Positions 43,803-52,561 of a DNA stretch of 64,000 nt are shown piece after piece. The notes under the pieces are model-generated. The model did no database searches. It had not been told where the DNA came from and saw nothing but the letters and a program-made list of their open reading frames with translations. Position 1 is the stretch's first letter, and every line of letters begins with the position of its first letter. The position numbers and the translations under genes were made by a program. This stretch comes from Deltaproteobacteria bacterium (GTDB lineage Bacteria > Desulfobacterota > GWC2-55-46 > JAJCZF01). The DNA lies in contig JAJCZF010000082.1 of the NCBI GenBank assembly GCA_029262535.1, positions 31,270-95,269 on the forward strand. Direction: 5' to 3'.

Positions 43803-45449
43803 CTATCTCAACCTCAATATGGTCTCAAACATCTGGTCCACGGTGGAGACAACCCTCGCGGCCGCCTCGTATGCGTGTTGGAACTTGATCAGGTTAACGC
43901 CCTCTTCGTCCATCGATACCGAGGTGATCGAATCCCGGTATCCCTCCAGTTCGGAGAGAACGACCTCCTGGCTGCTTACGTTGATATTAGCTATATAGGT
44001 CTCTCCACCTACGTCGGAGACGAGCCCCTTAAAAAAGTCGCTGAAAGACGAGATGCCGTCGTCCAGGAATTTCGCGTCCTGAAGGTCAGTCATATTCAAG
44101 ACATTGGAGTTATCACCCGGAAGGAATGCCGGATCGGATGCGGCGGCAAACTCTTTATTATCCGTTATGGCGACCCCGAAGAGGCGCGCCGCGTTGGTAG
44201 TAAGGCTTACGGTAAATGAATCTCCGCCCCTTGGAGAGGCGGTCGTATCGCTGACGACCATGCTTAGACCCTCGAAGTCGATAGAATCGCCGGAGGTATA
44301 GGCGTTACCTGTAGAGACGGTAGTGCCGTCGGTCGTATTGTAGATATTAAATGTCGTATCGGAAGAAAAACGTATCTCGTAATCGTCGAGAGTGACGGCA
44401 GAGAGATCGTTTATCGAGGAGCTTACAACGCCTCCGCCAGTATTGGCGCTTCCGATAGTGGTAAACGGCGTAAAGTCGTTAAATAGATCGCGCCCGGTCT
44501 CTCCGTCGAGGCCGTAACCCTCGCGGTGTAATATATTGAACTCTTTTGAGATCGTCGCGGCAAGCAGTTCGAGCTTGTCGGAAGTGGACTGATGTATGCC
44601 GGTCCTCATATCCATCAGGCCGCTGAGCCTGCCTGAGCTGATATTTTGCGTCACCACATAGTCGCCCAGAAGTATATCCTTTATGCCGTCCTTATTTAAC
44701 TCGCGGCTTTCGGAGAGAGTAGTGCTCCTGGTGCCGGCAACGAGTGTCGAGCCGCGCGCCATCAGGATCTTTACCATGCCGGAGTCCTCTTCAAGCACAT
44801 TTATATCGACCTCTTCGGCAAGCTCCTCTATCAACCTGTTGCGTTCGTCGCGCAGTTCGTTAGACTCTTGCGCGCCCTGTTCGGTCTGAAGTATCCTGTC
44901 GTTCAGCTCCGCTATACGGGACGAGAGGCTATTTATATCATCTACCGCTGCCGAGATGTGATCTTCAAGGTTTTCTATTTCGCTCCTGTTGCGGTCGTCC
45001 ATTGAGTTGATCTTGTCAGAGAGCACATTTGCGCTGGCAATTAGGATGGAACGCGCGGAGTTGGACTGCGGGTCGTTGGTGACGTCCTCTAAAGAGCTAA
45101 AGAACTGCGCCAGCAACGAGTCGAGCCCCGAATCGTTCAGGTCGGTATAGACCGTTTCAAGACGCGCCATGGCCTCTTCTTTAGTCGAGTGCTCAGATAG
45201 CGTCTGTTTTGCGTTCATTATCTGGGTATTTAAAAAACGGTCGTATACGCGTTCGACATTAGCTACCGAGACCCCTCCGCTAAGAAAGGTCGCGCCGTCA
45301 AATACCGATGTCCCGGTCGTAATATTTACGCGCTGGCGAGAGTATCCGGGCGTATTTACATTCGAAATATTATTTGAAGTCGTATCGAGCGCGGTCTGGT
45401 TCATGGCCAGGGCCGTGCGTGCGCTATTTAGTATATTCCCTATAGACAC
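43803..45449 (-). CDS. flgK: flagellar hook-associated protein FlgK (HAP1)
   Basis: MSIGNILNSARTALAMNQTALDTTSNNISNVNTPGYSRQR and C-terminus LIKFQHAYEAAARVVSTVDQMFETIL. Confidence 0.9.
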   Translation of the reverse strand: MSIGNILNSARTALAMNQTALDTTSNNISNVNTPGYSRQRVNITTGTSVFDGATFLSGGVSVANVERVYDRFLNTQIMNAKQTLSEHSTKEEAMARLETVYTDLNDSGLDSLLAQFFSSLEDVTNDPQSNSARSILIASANVLSDKINSMDDRNRSEIENLEDHISAAVDDINSLSSRIAELNDRILQTEQGAQESNELRDERNRLIEELAEEVDINVLEEDSGMVKILMARGSTLVAGTRSTTLSESRELNKDGIKDILLGDYVVTQNISSGRLSGLMDMRTGIHQSTSDKLELLAATISKEFNILHREGYGLDGETGRDLFNDFTPFTTIGSANTGGGVVSSSINDLSAVTLDDYEIRFSSDTTFNIYNTTDGTTVSTGNAYTSGDSIDFEGLSMVVSDTTASPRGGDSFTVSLTTNAARLFGVAITDNKEFAAASDPAFLPGDNSNVLNMTDLQDAKFLDDGISSFSDFFKGLVSDVGGETYIANINVSSQEVVLSELEGYRDSITSVSMDEEGVNLIKFQHAYEAAARVVSTVDQMFETILRLR

Positions 45450-45453
45450 TGTC

Positions 45454-45933
45454 TTAACCCCTATTTTTTAGACCGGTATAGATGTCGCCGTTCTCTTTGT
45501 AAGTATCGGCTGTCGATATCTCGGAAAGAAACTCAAAGGCGTCCTTGATATTACCTAGTCCCTTATCGATAACGAGGCTGTTCTCTTGGTTGAGCATCTC
45601 AATACCGTCTACGAGGGCCAGGAGCGAGGTCTGAAGCTCTTTGAGCTTTGTCCTGTCGGGGTCGTTCACATGTTCAATAATTTTAGAGAGATTTATATCT
45701 TTTTTTACGGTCTGCTTGATGCCGAATGTCTCGACAAGAGTATCGACTATCTCGTTTCGAAGGGTTTCGAGGCAGCGCCCTTTAAAGGCCGCGCTTTCCA
45801 TCTTTCGGGCATGTTCGAGAAGGGTTTCACTTTCTCTTTTTCCAAGGATAATCTTTTCTTCCTGAAGTAGCGTCATTACCTCTTCGTAGAGGTCTGTTTC
45901 CTGTTCCAGTATATCAATAAGATTGTTCGTCAT
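45454..45933 (-). CDS. flgN: FlgN-like export chaperone for FlgK/FlgL
   Basis: 159-aa helical protein with LIDILEQETDLYEEVMTLLQEEKIIL. Sits between flgM and flgK. Confidence 0.6.
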   Translation of the reverse strand: MTNNLIDILEQETDLYEEVMTLLQEEKIILGKRESETLLEHARKMESAAFKGRCLETLRNEIVDTLVETFGIKQTVKKDINLSKIIEHVNDPDRTKLKELQTSLLALVDGIEMLNQENSLVIDKGLGNIKDAFEFLSEISTADTYKENGDIYTGLKNRG

Positions 45934-45965
45934 AACTTTTACTCGCCTTCTGGAACTTCCAGGGG

Positions 45966-46283
45966 CTACTCGCCTTTTAGAGCGCTCTCTACCAGGGCCT
46001 CTCGAATGACCTTGTCGGCGACCTTATTGCTGTCTACCTTGTAGGTTCCTTCGTCGACCTCTTTTTTGAGAGCCGTGACCTTCTCTTCCCTGATATCGGG
46101 ATGGGAGTCGAGCACTTCTCTGAGACGTGCCGCCTTTCTGGATTCCGTTGATATCTGAACCGAATCTGTCTTACCCGGTTCGCCCGCGCCTTTTACACCA
46201 GCCTTTTTCTCTCCAACCTTTGAGCCGTTATTCTTCAGAGAGCCATTTAGCTCTGTTATCGGTTTACCGCTTCCGACCTTCAT
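45966..46283 (-). CDS. flgM: anti-sigma-28 factor FlgM
   Basis: 105 aa with a disordered N-half and C-terminal IREEKVTALKKEVDEGTYKVDSNKVADKVI, typical of FlgM. Confidence 0.75.
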   Translation of the reverse strand: MKVGSGKPITELNGSLKNNGSKVGEKKAGVKGAGEPGKTDSVQISTESRKAARLREVLDSHPDIREEKVTALKKEVDEGTYKVDSNKVADKVIREALVESALKGE

Positions 46284-46402
46284 TTTGAATCACCTCCGGT
46301 TAATTTATTTTCTTGCTTTCCGACTCTATTATCTTCGTCTCGCACAGCCTTAATAATGTCAGCATACTATGGCTTTTGACGAGGGTCTACTACATAATAG
46401 AT

Positions 46403-46429
46403 ATATCGGTCATATCAGAGAAAACTTTA
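46403..46429 (-). promoter_or_regulatory. sigma-28 promoter upstream of flgM
   Basis: The minus strand reads TAAAGTTT-N11-ACCGATAT. The -35 element overlaps the flgJ stop codon (46427-46429). Confidence 0.65.
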
Positions 46430-47323
46430 ACCTAAATGCACCATATCCTGAGGGTTTACGGCATATCCCTCTACCTGGAGTTCAAAGTGAAGATGCGGCC
46501 CCGTGGCCCTGCCTGTTTCTCCTACTTCGCCTATCTTATCCTCGGTCGTAACAAGATCTCCGACCTTGGCTGTATTACTTGCATTATGCGCATATCTTGA
46601 GACATATCCGTTGGGGTGGCGTATCTCTATAAGATTTCCATATCCGCCCTTTTTACCGCTAAAGGTCACTACACCTTCCATCGTAGGATAGATGGGCGTG
46701 CCCTTGGGCGCGGCTATATCGGTGCCCTTATGGAACTTTTCGCGCCCCGTAAGCGGATCTTCGCGCAAACCGTAAAACGAACTAATACGTCCTTTTATCG
46801 GGGACTTATAGTCATCCACCGGGCCGGACGCGCCTGTCTCTTCAATGATATGGTTCTTAAAGGCCTCTATAGCCTCGCCGCGCGGTTTATGTTGGGCCGC
46901 GTCCATCATCTTGAGCATGGAGAGGCCGTCAGTATTATCGTTCTTTGCCGGCGTTATCAAGGCGAACTGCTTTAAGAGGCTCTCCTTCAGGCCAATGCCC
47001 TCGCCCGAACTCATTATGTTACTGTACTCCTGGTCGAGCATAGAGGTAAATGTCTCTTCTCCCTTGCTATCACCGAAAAGGCTTACCTTTGTCGAAGAAT
47101 CACGCGAGGCCTTGAGTACCTGGTTAATAAATATAGCCTCAAAATCGCTGGCAGCCTTTTCAAGCTGCCTCATCTCATGGGTCTTACCGTCGTTTGAGGG
47201 CTTTTCTACACCCTGCGCAGACTTTACACCCTGGGCGGCCTTGAGTGACTTGGCGGCCTGGGACGCGTTGAGCGCATCGACCGCGTTAGTCACGCTGAGT
47301 TTTGAGAGTATATCCAGTTTCAT
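46427..47323 (-). CDS. flgJ: FlgJ rod-binding domain fused to an M23 (LytM-type) peptidase domain
   Basis: The N-half AASDFEAIFINQVLKASR is the Rod_binding motif. The C-half HKGTDIAAPKGTPIYPTMEGVV...GYGNLIEIRHPNGYVSRYAHN...GETGRATGPHLHFEL carries the M23 HxxxD and HxH motifs. Confidence 0.8.
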   Translation of the reverse strand: MKLDILSKLSVTNAVDALNASQAAKSLKAAQGVKSAQGVEKPSNDGKTHEMRQLEKAASDFEAIFINQVLKASRDSSTKVSLFGDSKGEETFTSMLDQEYSNIMSSGEGIGLKESLLKQFALITPAKNDNTDGLSMLKMMDAAQHKPRGEAIEAFKNHIIEETGASGPVDDYKSPIKGRISSFYGLREDPLTGREKFHKGTDIAAPKGTPIYPTMEGVVTFSGKKGGYGNLIEIRHPNGYVSRYAHNASNTAKVGDLVTTEDKIGEVGETGRATGPHLHFELQVEGYAVNPQDMVHLG

Positions 47324-48438
47324 ATCAGTTCCAGCTCGGCCTGTAACGCTCCAGCGCTTCTTATTGCCTGTAATATCGCAATGAGATCGCGCGGCGTTAC
47401 GCCAAGCGCGTTGAGCGCGCCGACGAGATCCCCAAGGTTGGTACCCTCGTCGAGTTGAATGAGTCTAGCGTCCTCTTCTTCCACATTGATCGAGGTCTCA
47501 GGCACAACGGCTGTCGTGCCGCCCCTTGAAAATGGCGAGGGCTGCGATACCTGATAGCTGGTCTGAATCTCTACCGTCAAATTACCGTGAGATACGGCGA
47601 CTGTGGATAATTTTACATTCTGGCCTATTACGATAGTTCCGGTCCGCTCGTTAACGACGACCTTGGAGATCGTATCGACCGGTATATCAAGCGTTTCCAC
47701 CATCGAAAGGAAGTCTACCTGATTGGTTCTGTAACCATCCGGTATGCGCACCCAAACCTTGGTGGCGTCAACAGAGTGCGCCGAACCCGGTCCGAAATTG
47801 GTATTTATCACACCTGCGATACGGCTTGAGGTGGTAAAGTCTGGATTTTTTAATAATATAGCGATATCGTTGCCGACGCTGAGCGGAATATCCCTCTCAA
47901 CAAGCGCGCCGGCAGGGACCCTGCCCACAGTTAAAAAGTTCTTTTGTACCTTCGATTCGTCGCCGCCGCCAAGAAAGCCGCCGATGGAGACCGGCCCCTG
48001 GGCTACGGCATAAACCTCGCCGTCGGCGCCCGAAAGCGGAGTAAATAATAGAGTGCCGCCCTGCAGGCTCTTGGCGTCGCCGATAGAAGAAACGGTAACG
48101 TCTAACGAAGAGCCCGGTTTGGCAAGCGGCGAGAGGTCGGCGGTAACTACGACACTCGCAACATTCTTTACCGATATACTGTTTGCGTCTATTCTCACAC
48201 CAAAGCGATTGAGCATATTGGCAAGGCTCTGCGTGGTGAAACCGGTGCCCGATTTATCGCCCTGCCCTTCAAGGCCAACGACCAGTCCGTAACCTATCAG
48301 ATGGTTTCCTCTTATGCCTTCGTAGTTGGCAATCTCTTTTATGCGAGAGGCGTTCGCCTCTGGAGTAAAGAAAAAGAGAAAGACAAAAAGTACATATAAA
48401 ACAAGCTGTAAGGCAATATTTCCAAGAAATAACTTCAT
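47320..48438 (-). CDS. flgI: flagellar P-ring protein FlgI
   Basis: Signal peptide followed by SRIKEIANYEGIRGNHLIGYGLVVGLEGQGDK. C-terminus RDLIAILQAIRSAGALQAELELI. Confidence 0.95.
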   Translation of the reverse strand: MKLFLGNIALQLVLYVLFVFLFFFTPEANASRIKEIANYEGIRGNHLIGYGLVVGLEGQGDKSGTGFTTQSLANMLNRFGVRIDANSISVKNVASVVVTADLSPLAKPGSSLDVTVSSIGDAKSLQGGTLLFTPLSGADGEVYAVAQGPVSIGGFLGGGDESKVQKNFLTVGRVPAGALVERDIPLSVGNDIAILLKNPDFTTSSRIAGVINTNFGPGSAHSVDATKVWVRIPDGYRTNQVDFLSMVETLDIPVDTISKVVVNERTGTIVIGQNVKLSTVAVSHGNLTVEIQTSYQVSQPSPFSRGGTTAVVPETSINVEEEDARLIQLDEGTNLGDLVGALNALGVTPRDLIAILQAIRSAGALQAELELI

Positions 48439-48465
48439 CTATTTGACTCCTGTTATAGACTTAAC

Positions 48466-49167
48466 CTAAAAGGGCCATGCGCCGTCGAGGATACCTGTGA
48501 GCCAACCCGGTTTCTGCTTATTCGATACTACGCCGTATCCTGAAAGCTCGACACGAAGATCGGCGATCTTATCGGAGCTGATCGTGTTGATAGAAGAGAT
48601 ATCCTCAGGCCTGACAATACCGGCGAGCGTAACGTAACGCTCTTCCCTGTTGACCTTGGTCTGTTTGCGCCCCTCTACATAGAGGTTGCCGTTAGAAAAG
48701 ATCTTCATAACCCTGACCGATACGGTGGCGGTTATCTCACCCTTGCGTTCGGTTGATCCGGTGCCTTCGAATTCATTCTCGCGCGATCCCGCTATAGATG
48801 GGCTGAAGGGATTGCCCATCTTGGCCAGATTGGACATGCCTAAATTAAGCGGCAGGCCGAAGATATCGGTAAGCGCCGTCTCTTCGCTCGAAGAAGTGCC
48901 GGTCGAGGTCGTGGCCTCTTCCTTTGCAGTTGTCCGGTCGAGCACGGTTACCGTAATGATATCGCCTACATCCCTTGCCCTGAAGTCGGTAAAATATCTA
49001 TTACGGGAGTTTTGACCCTGCCAGAGCGAACCCGGTGTCCTGGCCTCTAATAGAGGTTCGGGCATCGGTATCGCGCTCATATCGATCCTGGCTTCCGGTG
49101 TCACGGCACATCCGCTAAAGAGCGCCGCTCCGGCTATTATCATAGTTATAAAAAAAGTCTTTTTCAT
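48466..49167 (-). CDS. flgH: flagellar L-ring lipoprotein FlgH
   Basis: Lipobox ALFSGC. GDIITVTVLDRTTA, VRVMKIFSNGNLYVEGRKQTKVNREERYVTLAGIVRPEDI. Confidence 0.9.
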   Translation of the reverse strand: MKKTFFITMIIAGAALFSGCAVTPEARIDMSAIPMPEPLLEARTPGSLWQGQNSRNRYFTDFRARDVGDIITVTVLDRTTAKEEATTSTGTSSSEETALTDIFGLPLNLGMSNLAKMGNPFSPSIAGSRENEFEGTGSTERKGEITATVSVRVMKIFSNGNLYVEGRKQTKVNREERYVTLAGIVRPEDISSINTISSDKIADLRVELSGYGVVSNKQKPGWLTGILDGAWPF

Positions 49168-49227
49168 CTTATCCCTCTTTTTAACCTTCTCTATATATTA
49201 GAACTTCTTATCCTAAAATCTTGTCTA

Positions 49228-49686
49228 TTAGAACCTAACAAGGGCCATGGAAGGTCCGACAATCTCCGCATTTATGACCTTACCGGAGTTGACGTTCTCT
49301 ACCTTTATGACGGAACCGACAGCGCCGTCCTCCCTTGCCACTCCCTTTGCAGAGACCTTAAGACCGGCCTTCTGGGCAAGTAGTAAGATCTGCTCGCCCT
49401 TTGCAATAAGCGGGCGTACTTTTAATGACCTGAGCTTTACTATATTCATTTTGCCTATAGGACGTTTTACCTGAAGCCCAATAACGTCTTCAAGACTGGT
49501 CGCGGCATTATTATCCTTGCGTGTGGTCATGCTCATGCGTACGTCATTGGCTGTGATGATATGGCCCATGGACATGGACGCGGTTGCCACCACCACGGAG
49601 CGTTCTTCTGTATCTGCGGCCTCTGTGAAATCAGCCCAGATAGGAGTGACCAGTAGTAAGGTCATTATAAATATAAGTTTTTTCAC
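49228..49686 (-). CDS. flgA: flagellar P-ring assembly chaperone FlgA (short form)
   Basis: Signal peptide, SAF-like ITANDVRM, and C-terminal AKGVAREDGAVGSVIKVENVNSGKVINAEIVGPSMALV. Confidence 0.75.
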   Translation of the reverse strand: MKKLIFIMTLLLVTPIWADFTEAADTEERSVVVATASMSMGHIITANDVRMSMTTRKDNNAATSLEDVIGLQVKRPIGKMNIVKLRSLKVRPLIAKGEQILLLAQKAGLKVSAKGVAREDGAVGSVIKVENVNSGKVINAEIVGPSMALVRF

Positions 49687-49688
49687 CC

Positions 49689-50477
49689 TTATCTCCTCAA
49701 GTTAATAGCCATCGTAAGCATCTCGTCGGCTGTTTTGATCGATTTGGAGTTTATCTCATAGGCCCTTTGAGCGACGATCATATTGACCATCTCTTCAACG
49801 ACTGAAACATTACTCATCTCTATAAACCCCTGTGAAACGCTTCCCATCGAACCCTCACCCGGTACACCCGTAACGGGTTCGCCCGAAGCGTCGGTTTGTA
49901 CGAAGAGGTTGCTTCCTATGGCCTGAAGCCCCGCGGGATTAACAAAGCGCGAAAGTTCGAGGTTACCGACCTCGACTGGTATGGCTTCTCCGGCCTGAAG
50001 CACCGATACGATGCCGTCGGCGCTGATATTTATCTGGCTGACCTCGTCCGGGATAGTGATGCCGGGTTCGAGAAGAAAACCGTTAGAGTTAACGAGATTA
50101 CCCTCACTATCGATCTTAAAAGTTCCGTCTCTTGTATATGCCAGGTCACCGTTGGGCTGTGTAATCTGAAAAAATCCGTCGCCCTCTATTGCGAGGTCGA
50201 GCGGGTTTTCGGTCTGTTGCAGGTTGCCCATGGCGAATTGCTTCTGCGTGGCTACCGGCCTGACGCCCTGCCCTATCTGAATGCCTGTAGGGGCCTGTGT
50301 GGTCGGGCTCGACGCGCTTCCCGGAACCTTTTTGTTCTGATATAGAAGATCCTCAAAATCGACGCGGTTCTTCTTAAAACCTGCCGTATTGACATTAGCG
50401 AGGTTATTGGCGATTACGTCCACATAGAGCTGCTGGCTTTCCATGCCTGTTGACGCTATCCATAGGGATTTAAACAT
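49689..50477 (-). CDS. flgG: flagellar distal rod protein FlgG
   Basis: MFKSLWIASTGMESQQLYVDVIANNLANVNTAGFKK and C-terminus SNVSVVEEMVNMIVAQRAYEINSKSIKTADEML. Confidence 0.9.
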   Translation of the reverse strand: MFKSLWIASTGMESQQLYVDVIANNLANVNTAGFKKNRVDFEDLLYQNKKVPGSASSPTTQAPTGIQIGQGVRPVATQKQFAMGNLQQTENPLDLAIEGDGFFQITQPNGDLAYTRDGTFKIDSEGNLVNSNGFLLEPGITIPDEVSQINISADGIVSVLQAGEAIPVEVGNLELSRFVNPAGLQAIGSNLFVQTDASGEPVTGVPGEGSMGSVSQGFIEMSNVSVVEEMVNMIVAQRAYEINSKSIKTADEMLTMAINLRR

Positions 50478-50494
50478 TTGCTATTCCTCCTGGG

Positions 50495-51229
50495 CTACTT
50501 GGCGACCGAGATCGACATTTCGGTCATCTTATCGAAATTTTGAATCAACTTTACATTCGCCTCATAAGAACGCATGCCGCTGATCATGGCGACCATCTCT
50601 TGTATGGCGCTTGCGTTTGAAACTTCAAGATTAAACTGGTGTACCTCTGCATCCTCCGATTCTATCTCTTTCGCATTATCATTGGTGGATTCATAATAAC
50701 CGGCACCAAGCTTAATAAAGGGGTATGGTTTTTCAAAGGTAACGACACGAATCCTATCGACGACCTGCCCGTCTTCTAAGATATCGCCGTTGGCGCCTAC
50801 TAAAAAGTCGCGTCCTATTAGAGTGATATCACCGTCCTGCCCCTGAACGGCATTACCGTCCTGGGTAATAAGGCGTCCGGTTCCGTCCACCTTAAAGTCG
50901 CCCTTACGTGTGTAACGTGTGCCGTCCTTGGTATTAACGACAAAAAAGCCGTCGCCCTTAATAGCCATATCGTGAGGCTCTTTAGTGGCCTTTAACGCGC
51001 CCTGCGTAAAGTCGGTAAATACGATCGATGTCTTAACAAAGACCTGCGCCGGTATATTCATCTCCGGAGAGACACCCTGAAGCTGGGGCTTGCCCTCTTG
51101 AAAAATAAATACCTCGCGATCCTTCTTAAAACCGGGAACATTTATATTTGCGATATTATTAGACATCGAAGCCATTCTGTCCTGGCTATAAAGTCCGCCC
51201 GATGCCGCTACGTATATACCTCTATCCAT
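50495..51229 (-). CDS. flgF: flagellar proximal rod protein FlgF
   Basis: MDRGIYVAASGGLYSQDRMASMSNNIANINVPGFKKD and C-terminus SNASAIQEMVAMISGMRSYEANVKLIQ. True start is ATG 51229 with GGAGG 7 nt upstream. The track start at 51283 would swallow the sigma-54 promoter. Confidence 0.8.
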   Translation of the reverse strand: MDRGIYVAASGGLYSQDRMASMSNNIANINVPGFKKDREVFIFQEGKPQLQGVSPEMNIPAQVFVKTSIVFTDFTQGALKATKEPHDMAIKGDGFFVVNTKDGTRYTRKGDFKVDGTGRLITQDGNAVQGQDGDITLIGRDFLVGANGDILEDGQVVDRIRVVTFEKPYPFIKLGAGYYESTNDNAKEIESEDAEVHQFNLEVSNASAIQEMVAMISGMRSYEANVKLIQNFDKMTEMSISVAK

Positions 51230-51255
51230 CTCTAAACCTCCTGTCTTGCTAATAT

Positions 51256-51270
51256 GCAATAGGTGTGCCA
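51256..51270 (-). promoter_or_regulatory. sigma-54 (RpoN) -24/-12 promoter of the flgF-G-A-H-I-J operon
   Basis: The minus strand reads TGGCAC-ACCTA-TTGCA, an exact match to TGGCAC-N5-TTGC. It lies about 26 nt upstream of the flgF ATG. Confidence 0.7.
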
Positions 51271-51534
51271 AGTAAAAGATCATCTATTAAAGAGGGCTAA
51301 AACGGAGAGAATGCCATAGAACCTTTAGCGAATAAAGGCAGTAAAACTGAAGAGTTAGGAGGAAAGAAAGGTCTTTTAGTTGAAAGAGGAAACTATTACC
51401 AGAAGAGTTTATTTATAAAAAGGCAGAGTCCTTTATCAGCTAATAGCGTCAAAGATTACCTCGTTAAAGGAATTATTTTCTCTACTTGTCTTTATAAGAA
51501 ATGTCCGGAAATAGGACGAGTGAGAATAAAAAAA

Positions 51535-51560
51535 GGACGCGCCGTCTGAGAGGCGCGTCC
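51535..51560 (-). terminator. rho-independent terminator (bidirectional-looking hairpin)
   Basis: GGACGCGCC-gtctgaga-GGCGCGTCC is a 9-bp perfect GC-rich stem flanked by A7 (51528-51534) and T4 (51561-51564). On the minus-strand RNA the stem is followed by U7. It lies 13 nt after the stop of the 97-aa ORF. Confidence 0.7.
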
Positions 51561-51572
51561 TTTTAAGAATCC

Positions 51573-51866
51573 TTAAGCTATTACATCGAGCAGGTGATCT
51601 TTATCTTTTTTATGTTCCTGGCCTTGACCTTGTTGTGCTTCGCCTGACGTGGGATGATGAAGATTCCTCTGCTTTACATGCTCGTCATGATGACCAGACT
51701 TTTTATCAAGATCTTCTCGAAGGGCTTCGATGCCCACCTCGTCAGATTCGAGATAAGTATCTCTACCGTGCCTCCGATCCTGAGGCCTCGGAGTAACCTC
51801 GCGCACCTTCTTCACGGGAGTGATCTGAAAGAGCGGCGATTCAATTTTTGCAATATCATCGACCAT
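51573..51866 (-). CDS. hypothetical charged, His-rich small protein (97 aa)
   Basis: ORF only, starting 32 nt after cheW. Low complexity (HHDEHVKQRNLHHPTSGEAQQGQGQEHKKDKDH). No family recognised. Confidence 0.3.
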   Translation of the reverse strand: MVDDIAKIESPLFQITPVKKVREVTPRPQDRRHGRDTYLESDEVGIEALREDLDKKSGHHDEHVKQRNLHHPTSGEAQQGQGQEHKKDKDHLLDVIA

Positions 51867-51898
51867 AATATATTATATCGGTCGAAAAGCTCTTTTAC

Positions 51899-52411
51899 TT
51901 AATCTACGTGCGGTGCGTGTCCCTCAAGGGCCTCCTGCTCATTGAGCGTAAGTACCTTGTCGAGATTAAGTAATATCAGGAGTCTGCTCTCAAGCTTTCC
52001 GACACCGTCGATATACTCGGAATCAACTCCGCCAACGATATCCGGCGGCGGTTCGATCGTTGAAGAAGGTATACGCAGTACCTCCGTCACAGAGTCCACG
52101 ATGAGCCCTACGACCTTTCCGGCACAGTCAACGACGATAGTCCTGGCCTCGTTACCTCTCTCTACAAGAGCAAGTCCAAAACGTTTTCTAAGATCTATTA
52201 CCGGAATAACACGTCCACGAAGATTAATAACACCTTCTACAAAATCCGGGCTCTTGGGGACCTTTGTGATCTCGCTCATCCTGATGATCTCCTGGACCTT
52301 CAGGATAGAGACAGAAAACTCCTCATCTCCGACCTTAAAAGTGACAATCTGCAAGTCGTCATCACTATGCTCTGCCATTCTGTCTCTAGCATGATCCGTT
52401 GATTCCGTCAT
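51899..52411 (-). CDS. cheW: chemotaxis coupling protein CheW
   Basis: QIVTFKVGDEEFSVSILKVQEIIRMSEITKVPKSPDFVEGVINLRGRVIPVIDLRKRFGL. Start at ATG 52411 with GGAGG 9 nt upstream; the track start is 52438. Confidence 0.9.
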   Translation of the reverse strand: MTESTDHARDRMAEHSDDDLQIVTFKVGDEEFSVSILKVQEIIRMSEITKVPKSPDFVEGVINLRGRVIPVIDLRKRFGLALVERGNEARTIVVDCAGKVVGLIVDSVTEVLRIPSSTIEPPPDIVGGVDSEYIDGVGKLESRLLILLNLDKVLTLNEQEALEGHAPHVD

Positions 52412-52561
52412 GACGGGGGGCCTCCTTATAATGAACATTATTGAATATAAATACTATCTAACCAATTTGCCCACAACTCTATTTTAGCGCAAACCGGATT
52501 AGTTGGCAAGACGCGGCAAGATTTTCATAACCAGCCGCGCCTCGTAAAAGTTCAACTATTG

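Noticed and set aside
45950-45962. CTGGAAcTTCCAG palindrome between flgM and flgN
   Set aside because: The arms are only 6 bp with a 1-nt centre, so it cannot form a stable hairpin. It is too short to argue for a protein site without further copies.
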